Assembly: GCA_027451965.1 (NCBI GenBank) | Contig: DAIDHJ010000001.1 | Span: forward strand, 356,799-420,798 | DNA: 64,000 nt | Direction of reading: 5' to 3' | Origin: Candidatus Adlerbacteria bacterium | Lineage (GTDB): Bacteria > Patescibacteriota > Minisyncoccia > Phycocordibacterales > SBAW01 | Shown: positions 22,566-32,477 of the stretch, piece by piece | How the letters are laid out: each line of letters starts with the position of its first letter | Position numbering within the stretch: position 1 is the first letter of the stretch | The notes under the pieces: generated by a model | Database searches by the model: none | Told to the model about the DNA's origin: nothing | The model's input: only the letters and a program-made list of their open reading frames with translations | Position numbers and translations under genes: made by a program

Positions 22566-25406
22566 ATGGAACAGTACGATCATAAAAAAATAGAAAAAAA
22601 ATGGCAGCGCTTCTGGCAAGAAAAGCACACATTTGAAGCAGGCGAGGATCAAAAGAAAGAAAAAAACTACATTCTCATCGAATTTCCATACCCCTCAGGA
22701 GACGGACTCCATGTGGGACATGTGCGCTCTTGGACTGCGCTTGATATTGTTGCGCGCAAACGCCGCGCAGAAGGAAAGAACGTGCTCTATCCCATTGGGT
22801 GGGATGCGTTCGGACTTCCGACTGAAAATTATGCGATCAAAACAGGGAAAGATCCTCGGATCGTTACCAAAGAAAATACGGATACCTTTCGCCGGCAGAT
22901 TCAATCTCTCGGTATTTCATTTGATTGGTCCAGAGAAATAAATACCTCTGATCCGGACTACTACCGATGGACGCAGTGGATTTTTTTGCAGCTCTACCGG
23001 CAAGGTCTTGCATATAAAGCGAAGACATATATTAACTGGTGCCCAAAAGATAAAATCGGATTAGCAAACGAAGAGGTGATAGACGGCGCATGCGAACGCT
23101 GCGGCACACCGGTTGAAAAGCGAGAGAAAGAACAGTGGATGATGGCGATTACGAAGTATGCGCAACGGCTCTATGATGATCTCGATACCGTAGACTATAT
23201 CCCGCAGGCAAAATTGCAGCAGCGAAACTGGATCGGTCCTTCTCAAGGCGCAGAGATACGATTTCCCATTAAGGACAGTGATCGTTCTATCGCTGTGTTT
23301 ACCACGAGACCCGATACCCTCTATGGCGCTACGTACGTGGTGCTTGCTCCGGAGTTGCTCTTAGCGGCCCAGCTTGCCGAGCAGGCTGAAAACCGGGATG
23401 AGCTGAAGGAATATATTGTGGCAACACAACAAGTCTCTGAAATGGAGCGCACCGCAGAAGGGAAAGAAAAAACGGGCATAGAGATGAAGGGAATACGCGC
23501 CATCAATCCTGTAACTAAAAAAGAAATCCCTATTTTTGTTGCCAACTATGTGCTTGGCGGGTATGGCACCGGAGCGGTTATGGGTGTTCCTGCGCATGAT
23601 CAGCGGGATTATCTCTTTGCAAAGCGATTTCATCTTCCGATACAAACGGTATTAGAACCATTAATCACAAAAAAAGAGGGGGAAGATGCATTACAATCCT
23701 CTCTTCCGCTCGTAGAGCGCCGATCTGTCGTGGCGGTCATTAAACACTGGAGCGAAGACAAATATTTGGGAGTCCGTTGGAAACGAACAAATTGGCAAGC
23801 GTTTGTGATTGGCGGCATTGAAGCAGGCGAGGATGCCGCAGCGGCCGGCAAGCGAGAAATCAGGGAAGAGACAGGGTATCGCAATGCAACGCCAGTGCGC
23901 TCGCTCGGCGGAACGGTGCATGCCCAGTTCTATCAAACACTCAAACAAGAGAACCGGTTTGCCCATTTTGAACCGATGCTCTTTCAGCTCGAGAATGCGG
24001 AGCGCGATCCGATAACACCCGAAGAGCAGGCACTCCATGATCTCGTCTGGCTTTCTCCAGAGGAAATGGATGCGTTCATCACCCATCCTGATATGCAGAT
24101 CATATGGGACCGCGTGAAAGGAAACGAGTGCTACACCGGCGAAGGTATACTCATCCATTCCGGCACATTTGATGGCTTGGAAAGCGAAGTAGCAAAAGAA
24201 AAAATCACTGCATCTGTAGACGGTGTGCCGCGGACGGTATTTCGCTTGCGTGATTGGATATTTTCTCGACAGCGCTACTGGGGAGAACCAATTCCGATGA
24301 TTCAGTGTCCATCATGCGGATGGGTGCCAGTGCCGGAAAGTGAGCTACCAGTTCTGTTGCCGGAAGTGGATCGCTATGAACCAACCGATAGTGGAGAATC
24401 GCCACTCGCGGCGATTACTTCATGGGTAGAAACCACGTGTCCCTCCTGTAAGGGTCCGGCAAAACGAGAAACAGATGTGATGCCTAATTGGGCAGGCTCT
24501 TCCTGGTACTATTTGCGCTACTGCGATCCGAAAAATACGAAACAGTTTGCTTCAGAAGATACACTGCGCTACTGGACGCCGGTTGATTGGTACAACGGCG
24601 GCATGGAGCACACGACACTCCACCTCCTTTATTCGCGTTTCTGGCACAAAGCGCTCTATGATCTAAAGCTCGTACCAACGAGCGAACCGTATATGAAGCG
24701 CACCTCCCACGGTCTTATTCTTGCCGCAGGAGGAGAGAAGATGTCCAAATCAAAAGGCAATGTCGTCAATCCGGATGACATTGTAGAGCGCTATGGTGCA
24801 GATGCGCTTCGTCTCTATGAAATGTTCCTGGGACCTTTTGATCAACCCGTCGCCTGGAATGAAGACAGTATTATCGGTGTCCGACGGTTTCTTGAGCGAG
24901 TGTGGAAGCTTGCGAAACAACCAACCGCACAAGAACCTGCGCCGGAAACAGAACAGTTGCTTGCGCATACTATAGCGAAAATCACTTCAGATATTGAATC
25001 ACTCAAATGCAATACTGCGGTGAGTCAGTTGATGATCATGCTCAAAACGTTTGAGCAATACGCTCCCACAGAAGAACAATTGCAGATATTCCTCCAATTG
25101 CTCGCGCCATTTGCGCCGCATATTGCCGAAGAGGTGTGGCAAGGCAAGGGGAATACTTCGCTTCTTGAAGAGCTTCCTTGGCCTACCTACAACCCTGAGA
25201 TACTCGTATCCAAGGAAGTAACCATAGCAGTCCAAATCAATGGGAAAGTGCGATCAACGATATCTGCCCCTCTGGATGCTCCAGAACAAGAGGTCATTGA
25301 AAGAGCGCGCAGTGACAACAAGGTACAAACATGGCTTGCTCGAGGAACCGAGACTCGAGTTATGTATGTGCCCGGGCGGGTTGTCAACTTTATACTTGAC
25401 CTATAA
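22566..25406 (+). CDS. leuS: leucine--tRNA ligase with an inserted NUDIX hydrolase domain and apparently shortened CP1 region
   Basis: HIGH (HVGHVRS), TTRPDT, AHDQRD, KMSKS all present. Residues about 385-517 form a NUDIX fold with a perfect Nudix box, GGIEAGEDAAAAGKREIREETGY. Confidence 0.93.
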   Translation: MEQYDHKKIEKKWQRFWQEKHTFEAGEDQKKEKNYILIEFPYPSGDGLHVGHVRSWTALDIVARKRRAEGKNVLYPIGWDAFGLPTENYAIKTGKDPRIVTKENTDTFRRQIQSLGISFDWSREINTSDPDYYRWTQWIFLQLYRQGLAYKAKTYINWCPKDKIGLANEEVIDGACERCGTPVEKREKEQWMMAITKYAQRLYDDLDTVDYIPQAKLQQRNWIGPSQGAEIRFPIKDSDRSIAVFTTRPDTLYGATYVVLAPELLLAAQLAEQAENRDELKEYIVATQQVSEMERTAEGKEKTGIEMKGIRAINPVTKKEIPIFVANYVLGGYGTGAVMGVPAHDQRDYLFAKRFHLPIQTVLEPLITKKEGEDALQSSLPLVERRSVVAVIKHWSEDKYLGVRWKRTNWQAFVIGGIEAGEDAAAAGKREIREETGYRNATPVRSLGGTVHAQFYQTLKQENRFAHFEPMLFQLENAERDPITPEEQALHDLVWLSPEEMDAFITHPDMQIIWDRVKGNECYTGEGILIHSGTFDGLESEVAKEKITASVDGVPRTVFRLRDWIFSRQRYWGEPIPMIQCPSCGWVPVPESELPVLLPEVDRYEPTDSGESPLAAITSWVETTCPSCKGPAKRETDVMPNWAGSSWYYLRYCDPKNTKQFASEDTLRYWTPVDWYNGGMEHTTLHLLYSRFWHKALYDLKLVPTSEPYMKRTSHGLILAAGGEKMSKSKGNVVNPDDIVERYGADALRLYEMFLGPFDQPVAWNEDSIIGVRRFLERVWKLAKQPTAQEPAPETEQLLAHTIAKITSDIESLKCNTAVSQLMIMLKTFEQYAPTEEQLQIFLQLLAPFAPHIAEEVWQGKGNTSLLEELPWPTYNPEILVSKEVTIAVQINGKVRSTISAPLDAPEQEVIERARSDNKVQTWLARGTETRVMYVPGRVVNFILDL

Positions 25407-25436
25407 AGTAATCCGTGATATTAAAAATAGTGAATT

Positions 25437-26480
25437 ATGCCCCAAAAAGTGGATAAAACCGGCTTTAAACCGAAGGCGATTGTGAAGCGCCTTCTCTCTA
25501 GCCTTCCCGAACGCTCGCAGCAGGTTGTGGAAGCTCGATTTGGCTTGGGAACCAGTACAGAATTGGTCACTCTTGAAGCAATTGGAAAGCGCTATGGCAT
25601 TACGCGAGAACGGGTACGCCAGATAGAGAATCACGCACTCAATGCGCTTAAAAAGGCGCCGGCATATGCCGATGCACAGCAAGCATTTCAGGAACTGCAG
25701 CGCATCATTGAATCATTGGGGGGTATTATCTGCGAAGACGACTTGCTCAATTTCATTACCAAGGACAAAAGCATGCAGAACCATATTTACTTCCTGCTCG
25801 TGCTTGGTGATCCGTTTAAATACCGAAAAGAAGACAATGAAGTAAATCGATGCTGGTATGTTGATCCGCAACTTGCTGAAAGCGTGAAATCTGCTCTGGA
25901 AAACCTGTATCACGGGTTGTCTGATGAAGACGTTATCCCGGAAGGAGAGATGGTAGACCGATTCCTCAAAGAACTTGAAAATATCAATCAGAAGTATCTC
26001 AATGAGGAAATTCTCCGGCGCTGGCTCGCCATCTCAAAGAAGCTCAACAAGAATCCGTTGGGTGAATGGGGCCGCACTTCCTCTCCAAATATTAAGACCA
26101 AGGGTGTGCGAGATTATGCATATCTGGCGGTAAAAAAACACGGCAATCCACTCCACTTCCGAGAAGTTGCGCAGCTTATTGAAAAAATGTTCCATCGTGC
26201 TGCACATGTTGCTACCACGCACAATGAACTTATCAAAGATGATCGCTTTGTATTGGTAGGTCGCGGTATGTATGCCCTCAAAGAATGGGGATATTCACAA
26301 GGAGTAGTGCGTGACGTTATCCGTAATATTCTCCGTGCACATGGACCACTCACCAAGGAACAAATCGTTGAACGAGTATTGAAAGAGCGCCATGTCAAAC
26401 CAGGTACGATCGCGGTGAATTTGCAGAATCAGAAATATTTCAAACGAGGAAAAGATAATGTCTTTACCCTTGTGAAATAG
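25437..26480 (+). CDS. DNA-binding protein: N-terminal sigma-70 region-4 HTH plus C-terminal HARE-HTH-like domain
   Basis: ERSQQVVEARFGL...TLEAIGKRYGITRERVRQIENHALNALKK is a classic sigma70 region 4.2. C-terminus FREVAQLIE...HNELIKDDRFVLVGRGMYALKEWGY resembles HARE-HTH. Confidence 0.6.
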   Translation: MPQKVDKTGFKPKAIVKRLLSSLPERSQQVVEARFGLGTSTELVTLEAIGKRYGITRERVRQIENHALNALKKAPAYADAQQAFQELQRIIESLGGIICEDDLLNFITKDKSMQNHIYFLLVLGDPFKYRKEDNEVNRCWYVDPQLAESVKSALENLYHGLSDEDVIPEGEMVDRFLKELENINQKYLNEEILRRWLAISKKLNKNPLGEWGRTSSPNIKTKGVRDYAYLAVKKHGNPLHFREVAQLIEKMFHRAAHVATTHNELIKDDRFVLVGRGMYALKEWGYSQGVVRDVIRNILRAHGPLTKEQIVERVLKERHVKPGTIAVNLQNQKYFKRGKDNVFTLVK

Positions 26481-26712
26481 TGTTTGCAATCCAGCGAATT
26501 ATTTCCCATAGAACGAAAAAAAGTAGTAGAAGGTAAAATCCCCAAATCATACGGGTATTTCCTAATGCTTCTTCTTTTGCATTTTTATTGGAAAGAACAT
26601 ACGTTATAACTCCCCATATAAAGATGAGAATAGCAAATGATGCACACAGCGATAAGACCGACCCGATTGCCGTCAGAGGGGTACTGATAAATGGAGTTAA
26701 TAACTGTTGCAT
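26464..26712 (-). CDS. T4SS-pilin-like (TrbC/VirB2-type) small membrane protein
   Basis: 82 aa, two TM helices flanking a charged loop (SNKNAKEEALGN) and a signal-like N-terminus, as in VirB2/TrbC-family pilins. Confidence 0.5.
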   Translation of the reverse strand: MQQLLTPFISTPLTAIGSVLSLCASFAILIFIWGVITYVLSNKNAKEEALGNTRMIWGFYLLLLFFVLWEIIRWIANTISQG

Positions 26713-26747
26713 GATATAGATACGGTATACTTAGTATACCGTAGGAT

Positions 26748-28082
26748 ATGGCGACGATTTTCTCATACGAGTGGGCAGAAAAACTGCAAGAAAAAGCTGA
26801 AGGAAAGGGAGATGATCCATTTTTCCTTTCTATTGCACGAGTCACTATTCTCTGCATTATTGCTTTCTTTATAGATAGTAGTGCATTACGCGGCACAGCA
26901 TTCGCCTTAGGTATGCTTGCGCCACTTTGGCTACCATTATTGCTTGCTGAAGTAATATTCATTTCATTTGTTGACTACAAACGATTTATTTTTTGGTTTT
27001 CTATTGATCGAGTTTTACTTGAAATACAACTTCCTCCACAAATACAAAAATCCCCCGAAGCAATTGAAGTTATTCTGGATTCTTTATGGAATGCAGGAGG
27101 AGAAACTAATGAATATGATCGTATTTTTTTAGGAAAAATGCGAGCCGTCTGGAGTCTTGAAATCGCCAGTAATGAAGGAAAAATATCATTCTATATTTCC
27201 ATGCCACGAGCATGGAAAAATATCACTTCTGCTCGTATATATGGACAATTTCCTGAAGCACGTGTGGAAGAAGTAGAAGATTATGTTACTAAAGTTCCGT
27301 TTTCTCTAAATACATATGATCTGTTCGCAATGGAATATGAAAAAGGCGATCCAGCCGCTCTTCCTATAAAAACATACAAGCAATATGATCTGGATAAGAA
27401 CACGGATTCTCCTGAGACTCGTGTAGATCCCATTACCCACTTACTGGAGCTATTCAGTAGTATCGGTAAGGATGAATATATGTGGCTTCAGATTATCCTT
27501 CGTGCCCGCAAGAAAGATGAATGGCGTGGTTTGTATTTCGGAGATACATATAAAGAATCCGCTGAAAAAGAGATCAAAAAGGTGATTCAAGGAAGCATTA
27601 AACGAGCTGAGGAAATCAAGCAGCAATTTCCAACTGCCACCAAAGGAGAAAACCAGCGTATTGAAAATATTCAGTATGCTCTTACCAAGGTTCCGTTCGA
27701 TTGCGGTGTTCGTTCTATGTATGTAGCAAAAAAAGATGCATTTAAACCACAGAATATTGGAGCGTTAGTAAATCTATTTGTGCCGTTACGAGGAAATACG
27801 GGGGAATTCAATTCGCTTAGTGTTGCAAACCGTGGTCTTATTCGCTATCAGTATCCATGGCAAGATTTTAAAGATATTTTACATACGAAAGACAAAAAAC
27901 ACCTATGGTTTTGGTATGCGAATCGAGCATACTTTTATGTTCCGCTTAATCAGGTGCCGACCTACATGAACACAGAAGAACTTGCTACTATTTGGCATTT
28001 TCCAAACGAAAGTATTGTCACACCCGGACTACAGCGAGTACCATCTCGCACCGCGGAAGCTCCTACCAACTTGCCTATATAG
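26748..28082 (+). CDS. hypothetical membrane-anchored protein (444 aa), divergent from pilin-like gene
   Basis: Two N-terminal TM helices then a large soluble domain with no recognisable NTPase motifs. Confidence 0.5.
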   Translation: MATIFSYEWAEKLQEKAEGKGDDPFFLSIARVTILCIIAFFIDSSALRGTAFALGMLAPLWLPLLLAEVIFISFVDYKRFIFWFSIDRVLLEIQLPPQIQKSPEAIEVILDSLWNAGGETNEYDRIFLGKMRAVWSLEIASNEGKISFYISMPRAWKNITSARIYGQFPEARVEEVEDYVTKVPFSLNTYDLFAMEYEKGDPAALPIKTYKQYDLDKNTDSPETRVDPITHLLELFSSIGKDEYMWLQIILRARKKDEWRGLYFGDTYKESAEKEIKKVIQGSIKRAEEIKQQFPTATKGENQRIENIQYALTKVPFDCGVRSMYVAKKDAFKPQNIGALVNLFVPLRGNTGEFNSLSVANRGLIRYQYPWQDFKDILHTKDKKHLWFWYANRAYFYVPLNQVPTYMNTEELATIWHFPNESIVTPGLQRVPSRTAEAPTNLPI

Positions 28083-28088
28083 TCGTAT

Positions 28089-29123
28089 ATGCCTGAAACT
28101 CCTTTAGAACCACCGCGCAGGCGTAAACATAAAATATTGCCGCAAAACCTTTGCGGACCGTGGTGTCTCGAATGTCAGATGTATGATCATGCGTTTGCAA
28201 GCATGTTTCTCGTCGGTGTCCTGTTGTTTCTCCTGTACTACATCACCATTGGACCTCCAATCACGTTTCCTAGTGCTACGCTTGTTAAAATAACTCCTGG
28301 AGAATCGCCACAAACAGTTGCAGATACACTTGCAGAAAAGCATATTATTCATTCGTCGTTTCTATTTTTGTTGGGTACACGGTTGTGGAATAAGGGAGAA
28401 ATTATTCCAGGAGAATATTTCTTTCCTGGACCACAAACAGTACTTACTATCGCTCGACGTATTTCACGGGGAGATTATGAATTAATCCCTATGAAAGTCA
28501 CTATCCCTGAAGGATATGATGCACAGCAGATTAGCACCTTGTTAGCAAACAAAATTCCCGATTTTGATGCACAGACATTTTTTGCCCTTGCCAAGCCTCA
28601 AGAAGGATACCTTTTTCCTGATACCTATTTCTTCCTTCCTGGAGAAGATCCAAAAGAGATTGTACAAACCATGCGTGAAAACTTCAGCAAACAAACTGGA
28701 CGGATTTCTACTACTACAGCGGCGTTTAGCAGGCCGATGAACGACATCGTTATCATGGCTTCATTGATAGAAAAGGAAGCTCCGGATATGCAGAATAGAC
28801 GTATCATTGCGGGGATTTTATGGCATCGTCTTGCAATAGGTATGCCGCTGCAAGTAGATGCAGTGTTTCCCTACATTATTAACAAAAATTCATTCCAGCT
28901 GACCAAGCAAGATCTGCAGACAAATTCTCCTTACAATCTATATATTCATGCAGGATTACCGCCGACAGCAATAAGCAATCCAGGAATCAATGCCATCCTT
29001 GCCGCCGCCACACCAATCAAGACCCACTATCTATATTATCTTTCTGATTTAAACGGTAATTTTCACTATAGCGCTACCTATGCAGGTCAATTATCAAATG
29101 AACGGACCTACTTGCATTACTAG
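28089..29123 (+). CDS. mltG: endolytic murein transglycosylase MltG (YceG family)
   Basis: N-terminal TM, YceG-like blocks (EGYLFPDTYFF, PMNDIVIMASLIEKE). True start may be at an internal Met. Confidence 0.85.
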   Translation: MPETPLEPPRRRKHKILPQNLCGPWCLECQMYDHAFASMFLVGVLLFLLYYITIGPPITFPSATLVKITPGESPQTVADTLAEKHIIHSSFLFLLGTRLWNKGEIIPGEYFFPGPQTVLTIARRISRGDYELIPMKVTIPEGYDAQQISTLLANKIPDFDAQTFFALAKPQEGYLFPDTYFFLPGEDPKEIVQTMRENFSKQTGRISTTTAAFSRPMNDIVIMASLIEKEAPDMQNRRIIAGILWHRLAIGMPLQVDAVFPYIINKNSFQLTKQDLQTNSPYNLYIHAGLPPTAISNPGINAILAAATPIKTHYLYYLSDLNGNFHYSATYAGQLSNERTYLHY

Positions 29124-29159
29124 TTGTTCTCTTTCGTAGGCTAAGGTAGTCTCCTCAAT

Positions 29160-30242
29160 ATGTTTTGGAGGCAAAAAAGAGGAACGGTGTTTGTTGGGTT
29201 GTCCGGAGGAGTTGATTCCGCAGTATCAGCAGCCCTACTCAAACAACAAGGTTACGATGTTATAGGGGTCTTTATTCGCATTGTTCTGCCCGGCTATCCA
29301 TGCACTGCAGGAGAAGATAGAAGAGAGGCATTGCGCGTGGCCACGCATCTGCATATTCCATTTCGAGAAATCGATCTTTCCGACGCTTATATGCGTACTG
29401 TATTTACTCCATCCATCGCAGCCTTTGCAGAAGGGAAAACGCCTAATCCCGATGCTTGGTGCAACCGAGAAATTAAGTTCGGCTTGTTTTATAACTATGC
29501 ACGGGAACAAGGTGCAGACTATGTGGCAACAGGCCATTATGCTCGTGTTCTTAGAACGAAACATCAATTTGGCTTGTTTGCCAGTATCGATACAAAAAAG
29601 GATCAAAGTTATTTTCTCTGGAGTATTCCGTACGCGCAACTCCCACACATACTCTTTCCCATTGGAATGTTTAAGAAAGAAAAAGTACGACAATTGGCAA
29701 AACGATTTCACCTTCCAAATGCAGCGAGAAAAGATAGTCAGGGTTTATGTTTTGTTGGTGATCTCGGTATAGAACAGATATTAACCAAAGAGCAGCCACA
29801 GTATCCGGGTAAGGTGCTGGATGAAAAAGGAAATGAAATAGGAGTACATGCGGGTGCCATGCTCTATACCATCGGTCAACGACATGGATTCACACTGCAT
29901 GCCCATACAACACATACCCAGCCGCATTTTGTGGTACGTAAAGATATTGCACACAATACGATCACTGTTTCAGAACGCAAAATACCCACCATGTATTCGT
30001 CTACACGACTCATACTTACCCAAACCAATTGGATAGGAAATGCTCCAGAAGAAGGGCAATACATGGTTCGATTTCGATATCGACAGCCACTTATGCCCGC
30101 ATTCATACACTATGCCGATGACACTACACTGGTCACCTTGCAGCAGCCGCAATTAGTTCCAGAAGGACAATCGCTTGTCGTATATAAGGAAAACCAGTGT
30201 ATCGGAGGAGGTGTTGTTGATAAGGTAGAAATGGAAGCATAA
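29160..30242 (+). CDS. mnmA: tRNA-specific 2-thiouridylase
   Basis: PP-loop VFVGLSGGVDSAVSA, catalytic Cys residues, mnmA length. Confidence 0.92.
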   Translation: MFWRQKRGTVFVGLSGGVDSAVSAALLKQQGYDVIGVFIRIVLPGYPCTAGEDRREALRVATHLHIPFREIDLSDAYMRTVFTPSIAAFAEGKTPNPDAWCNREIKFGLFYNYAREQGADYVATGHYARVLRTKHQFGLFASIDTKKDQSYFLWSIPYAQLPHILFPIGMFKKEKVRQLAKRFHLPNAARKDSQGLCFVGDLGIEQILTKEQPQYPGKVLDEKGNEIGVHAGAMLYTIGQRHGFTLHAHTTHTQPHFVVRKDIAHNTITVSERKIPTMYSSTRLILTQTNWIGNAPEEGQYMVRFRYRQPLMPAFIHYADDTTLVTLQQPQLVPEGQSLVVYKENQCIGGGVVDKVEMEA

Positions 30243-30264
30243 CAAACAGGATATACTGCAAAAA

Positions 30265-31095
30265 ATGCCTCCACGAATTCTAAAAGCAGATGGTTCACTA
30301 GAAGCGTTTAATCGAGACAAATTACTTCGTTCACTGTTGCGCTCCGGTGCAGCGCAGGGTCGTGCTGAGGAGATTACTCAGCAACTTGAACGAGAAGTAA
30401 AAGATGGTATGACTACGGGTGAAATTTATCACCGTGCATTCACTTTACTCCAAGAACATAAAAAAACCGCTGCAGCACGATATTCCCTTAAACGGGCACT
30501 ATTAGATTTCGGTCCATCAGGATTTCCATTTGAAGCATATCTCGCGGAAATGTTTCGAGCAGAAGGGTATAGTGCGCGCATAGATCAGATTATTCAAGGA
30601 AAATGCGTTGAGCATGAGGTAGATGTGGTGGCAACAAAAGGAAACCAAACCTTGTATGTTGAAGCAAAATTTCACAACAATGCCGGATTTAAAACCGATC
30701 TTCAAACTGCCCTATATGTGAAGGCTCGATTGGAAGATATTGCTGCCCGCCCAGGAAATCCGGAACCAATGCAAGGATTGTTAGTAACGAATACCAAATT
30801 TACCTCTCTGGCAGTTGCGTATGCGCAGTGCGCGGGAGTAGAACTTCTGGGATGGGAATATCCGGACCAGGGAAATCTTCATGATCGAATTGATGCGGCA
30901 AACGTCTATCCCATTACCGCGCTTACGACGCTTAATAAGCAGGATAAAATTGCACTGTTAGGTAAAAAAATAGTGCTATGCAATCATCTGGTAGAACAAG
31001 GAGATGCTCTGTTGCAGGCGGGTGTATCACGCAATAAAATCGATTCTGTCTTTTCTGAAGCAGCCGGATTGTGTATACCTGGAAATGATATATGA
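30265..31095 (+). CDS. ATP-cone domain fused to Mrr-like (PD-(D/E)xK) restriction endonuclease domain
   Basis: N-terminal ATP-cone (ILKADGSLEAFNRDKLLRSL). C-terminal FEAYLAEMFRAEGY...DVVA...VEAKFHN...LVTNTKFT matches the Mrr_cat pattern. Confidence 0.65.
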   Translation: MPPRILKADGSLEAFNRDKLLRSLLRSGAAQGRAEEITQQLEREVKDGMTTGEIYHRAFTLLQEHKKTAAARYSLKRALLDFGPSGFPFEAYLAEMFRAEGYSARIDQIIQGKCVEHEVDVVATKGNQTLYVEAKFHNNAGFKTDLQTALYVKARLEDIAARPGNPEPMQGLLVTNTKFTSLAVAYAQCAGVELLGWEYPDQGNLHDRIDAANVYPITALTTLNKQDKIALLGKKIVLCNHLVEQGDALLQAGVSRNKIDSVFSEAAGLCIPGNDI

Positions 31096-31604
31096 GTAAA
31101 GAGCAAACACGAGTAGCTTTTCGTACACCCTTTATGTCTTTGTCGAGTAGTGATATGCGGAAAAGCCTTGTGAGCTTTTTGATTGGATTAGTATTAGGTG
31201 CTCTTGGGGTATGGAGTGTTATGGGACTTCATCAACAACAGGCTGTTTCTGTGCCAGCTTTTTCTTTTACAGGCCAAATGGCTACTACAACACAAGCACG
31301 CGTATCGGAAAGTCTATTTTCAGTTTCTGCTCAACCGGCCGGACGTACGGTGCGCGTGACACACCTTTCTCTAAAACAACCGGAATGGGTCGTGGTCTAT
31401 GAGGGTGTTTCAGGTATGCCCGGTAATGCACTAGGGGCAATCGTTGCTCGCCCGCAAGAGCAAGAAATTGTGGTTCCGCTTCTGCGTCCTACTCTAGCGG
31501 GTAATACCTATTTTGTGGGCACCGAGCCGCTTACAACAGCAAACCGAGGATATACCTATACATTCCCGACACTCAATGTGTTGCAGCAATTTACTGCTCA
31601 ATAA
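31092..31604 (+). CDS. hypothetical membrane-anchored protein
   Basis: Single N-terminal TM helix. ATGA overlap with upstream gene. Confidence 0.45.
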   Translation: MSKEQTRVAFRTPFMSLSSSDMRKSLVSFLIGLVLGALGVWSVMGLHQQQAVSVPAFSFTGQMATTTQARVSESLFSVSAQPAGRTVRVTHLSLKQPEWVVVYEGVSGMPGNALGAIVARPQEQEIVVPLLRPTLAGNTYFVGTEPLTTANRGYTYTFPTLNVLQQFTAQ

Positions 31605-31640
31605 ACGAATCACTTCCTTTTTTGTCTGTTTTGTCAGACA

Positions 31641-32474
31641 ATGGACTGCATGAATGGATATGCAGTGCGGAAAAAAAGTATTTGGTTTGTTCCTGGATCT
31701 ACCTCACCGTACAAGCTGAGCCGAACACGCATCGATAATTTCACCAAATGCCAACGGTGCTTCTGGCTTGAAGAGCGTTACGGAGTAAAAAAACCCGATT
31801 CATACCCTTTAACGCTCAATATCGCCGTTGATGCATTGCTGAAAAAGGAATTTGATCGATATCGTGCGGAACGCACGCCACACCCTCTCATGGAAACATA
31901 TGGCATTGATGCGGTTCCATTTCATCATGAGGCTCTCGATTCCTGGCGACACAATTTTGTTGGCGTACAGTATTTGGACCCGGAAACGAACTTTCTGGTA
32001 TTTGGAGCAGTAGATGATGTATGGATTACTTCAAAAAAAGAACTTCTCGTGGTGGATTACAAAGCTACGGCAAAAGCTGATACACCGACATTGGACGGTG
32101 ATCTTGGGTTGCAGTACAAACGGCAAATGGAAGTATATCAATGGCTTTTGCGGCAAAATGGATTTCCTGTATCTGATACTGGCTATTTTGTATATGTAAA
32201 CGGAAGAAAAGATGCAAAAGCGTTTGATGGAAAATTAGAATTTGATGTAACGCTTTTGCCATGCAAGGGTGATGCGACCTGGATTCCATCCACACTGCGC
32301 AATATCAAGACATGTTTGGAATCAAATACTATCCCGCCTTCCTCCGTGTCCTGTGATTACTGCGGATACCGCACCGCTGCACATGAGGCGCTTTCTACCA
32401 TATCTCCTGAAACACTTCCTAAACAGAAAAAGAGCCCTAAAAAGAAAGAAGAAGAAACTGCAAAGTTATTTTGA
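31641..32474 (+). CDS. Cas4-like PD-(D/E)xK nuclease with two Cx2C pairs (putative Fe-S), standalone
   Basis: CQRC near N-terminus, D...VVDYK, RecB-type QxxxY (QMEVYQW), CDYCGY near C-terminus. No cas genes adjacent. Confidence 0.55.
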   Translation: MDCMNGYAVRKKSIWFVPGSTSPYKLSRTRIDNFTKCQRCFWLEERYGVKKPDSYPLTLNIAVDALLKKEFDRYRAERTPHPLMETYGIDAVPFHHEALDSWRHNFVGVQYLDPETNFLVFGAVDDVWITSKKELLVVDYKATAKADTPTLDGDLGLQYKRQMEVYQWLLRQNGFPVSDTGYFVYVNGRKDAKAFDGKLEFDVTLLPCKGDATWIPSTLRNIKTCLESNTIPPSSVSCDYCGYRTAAHEALSTISPETLPKQKKSPKKKEEETAKLF

Positions 32475-32477
32475 GAT

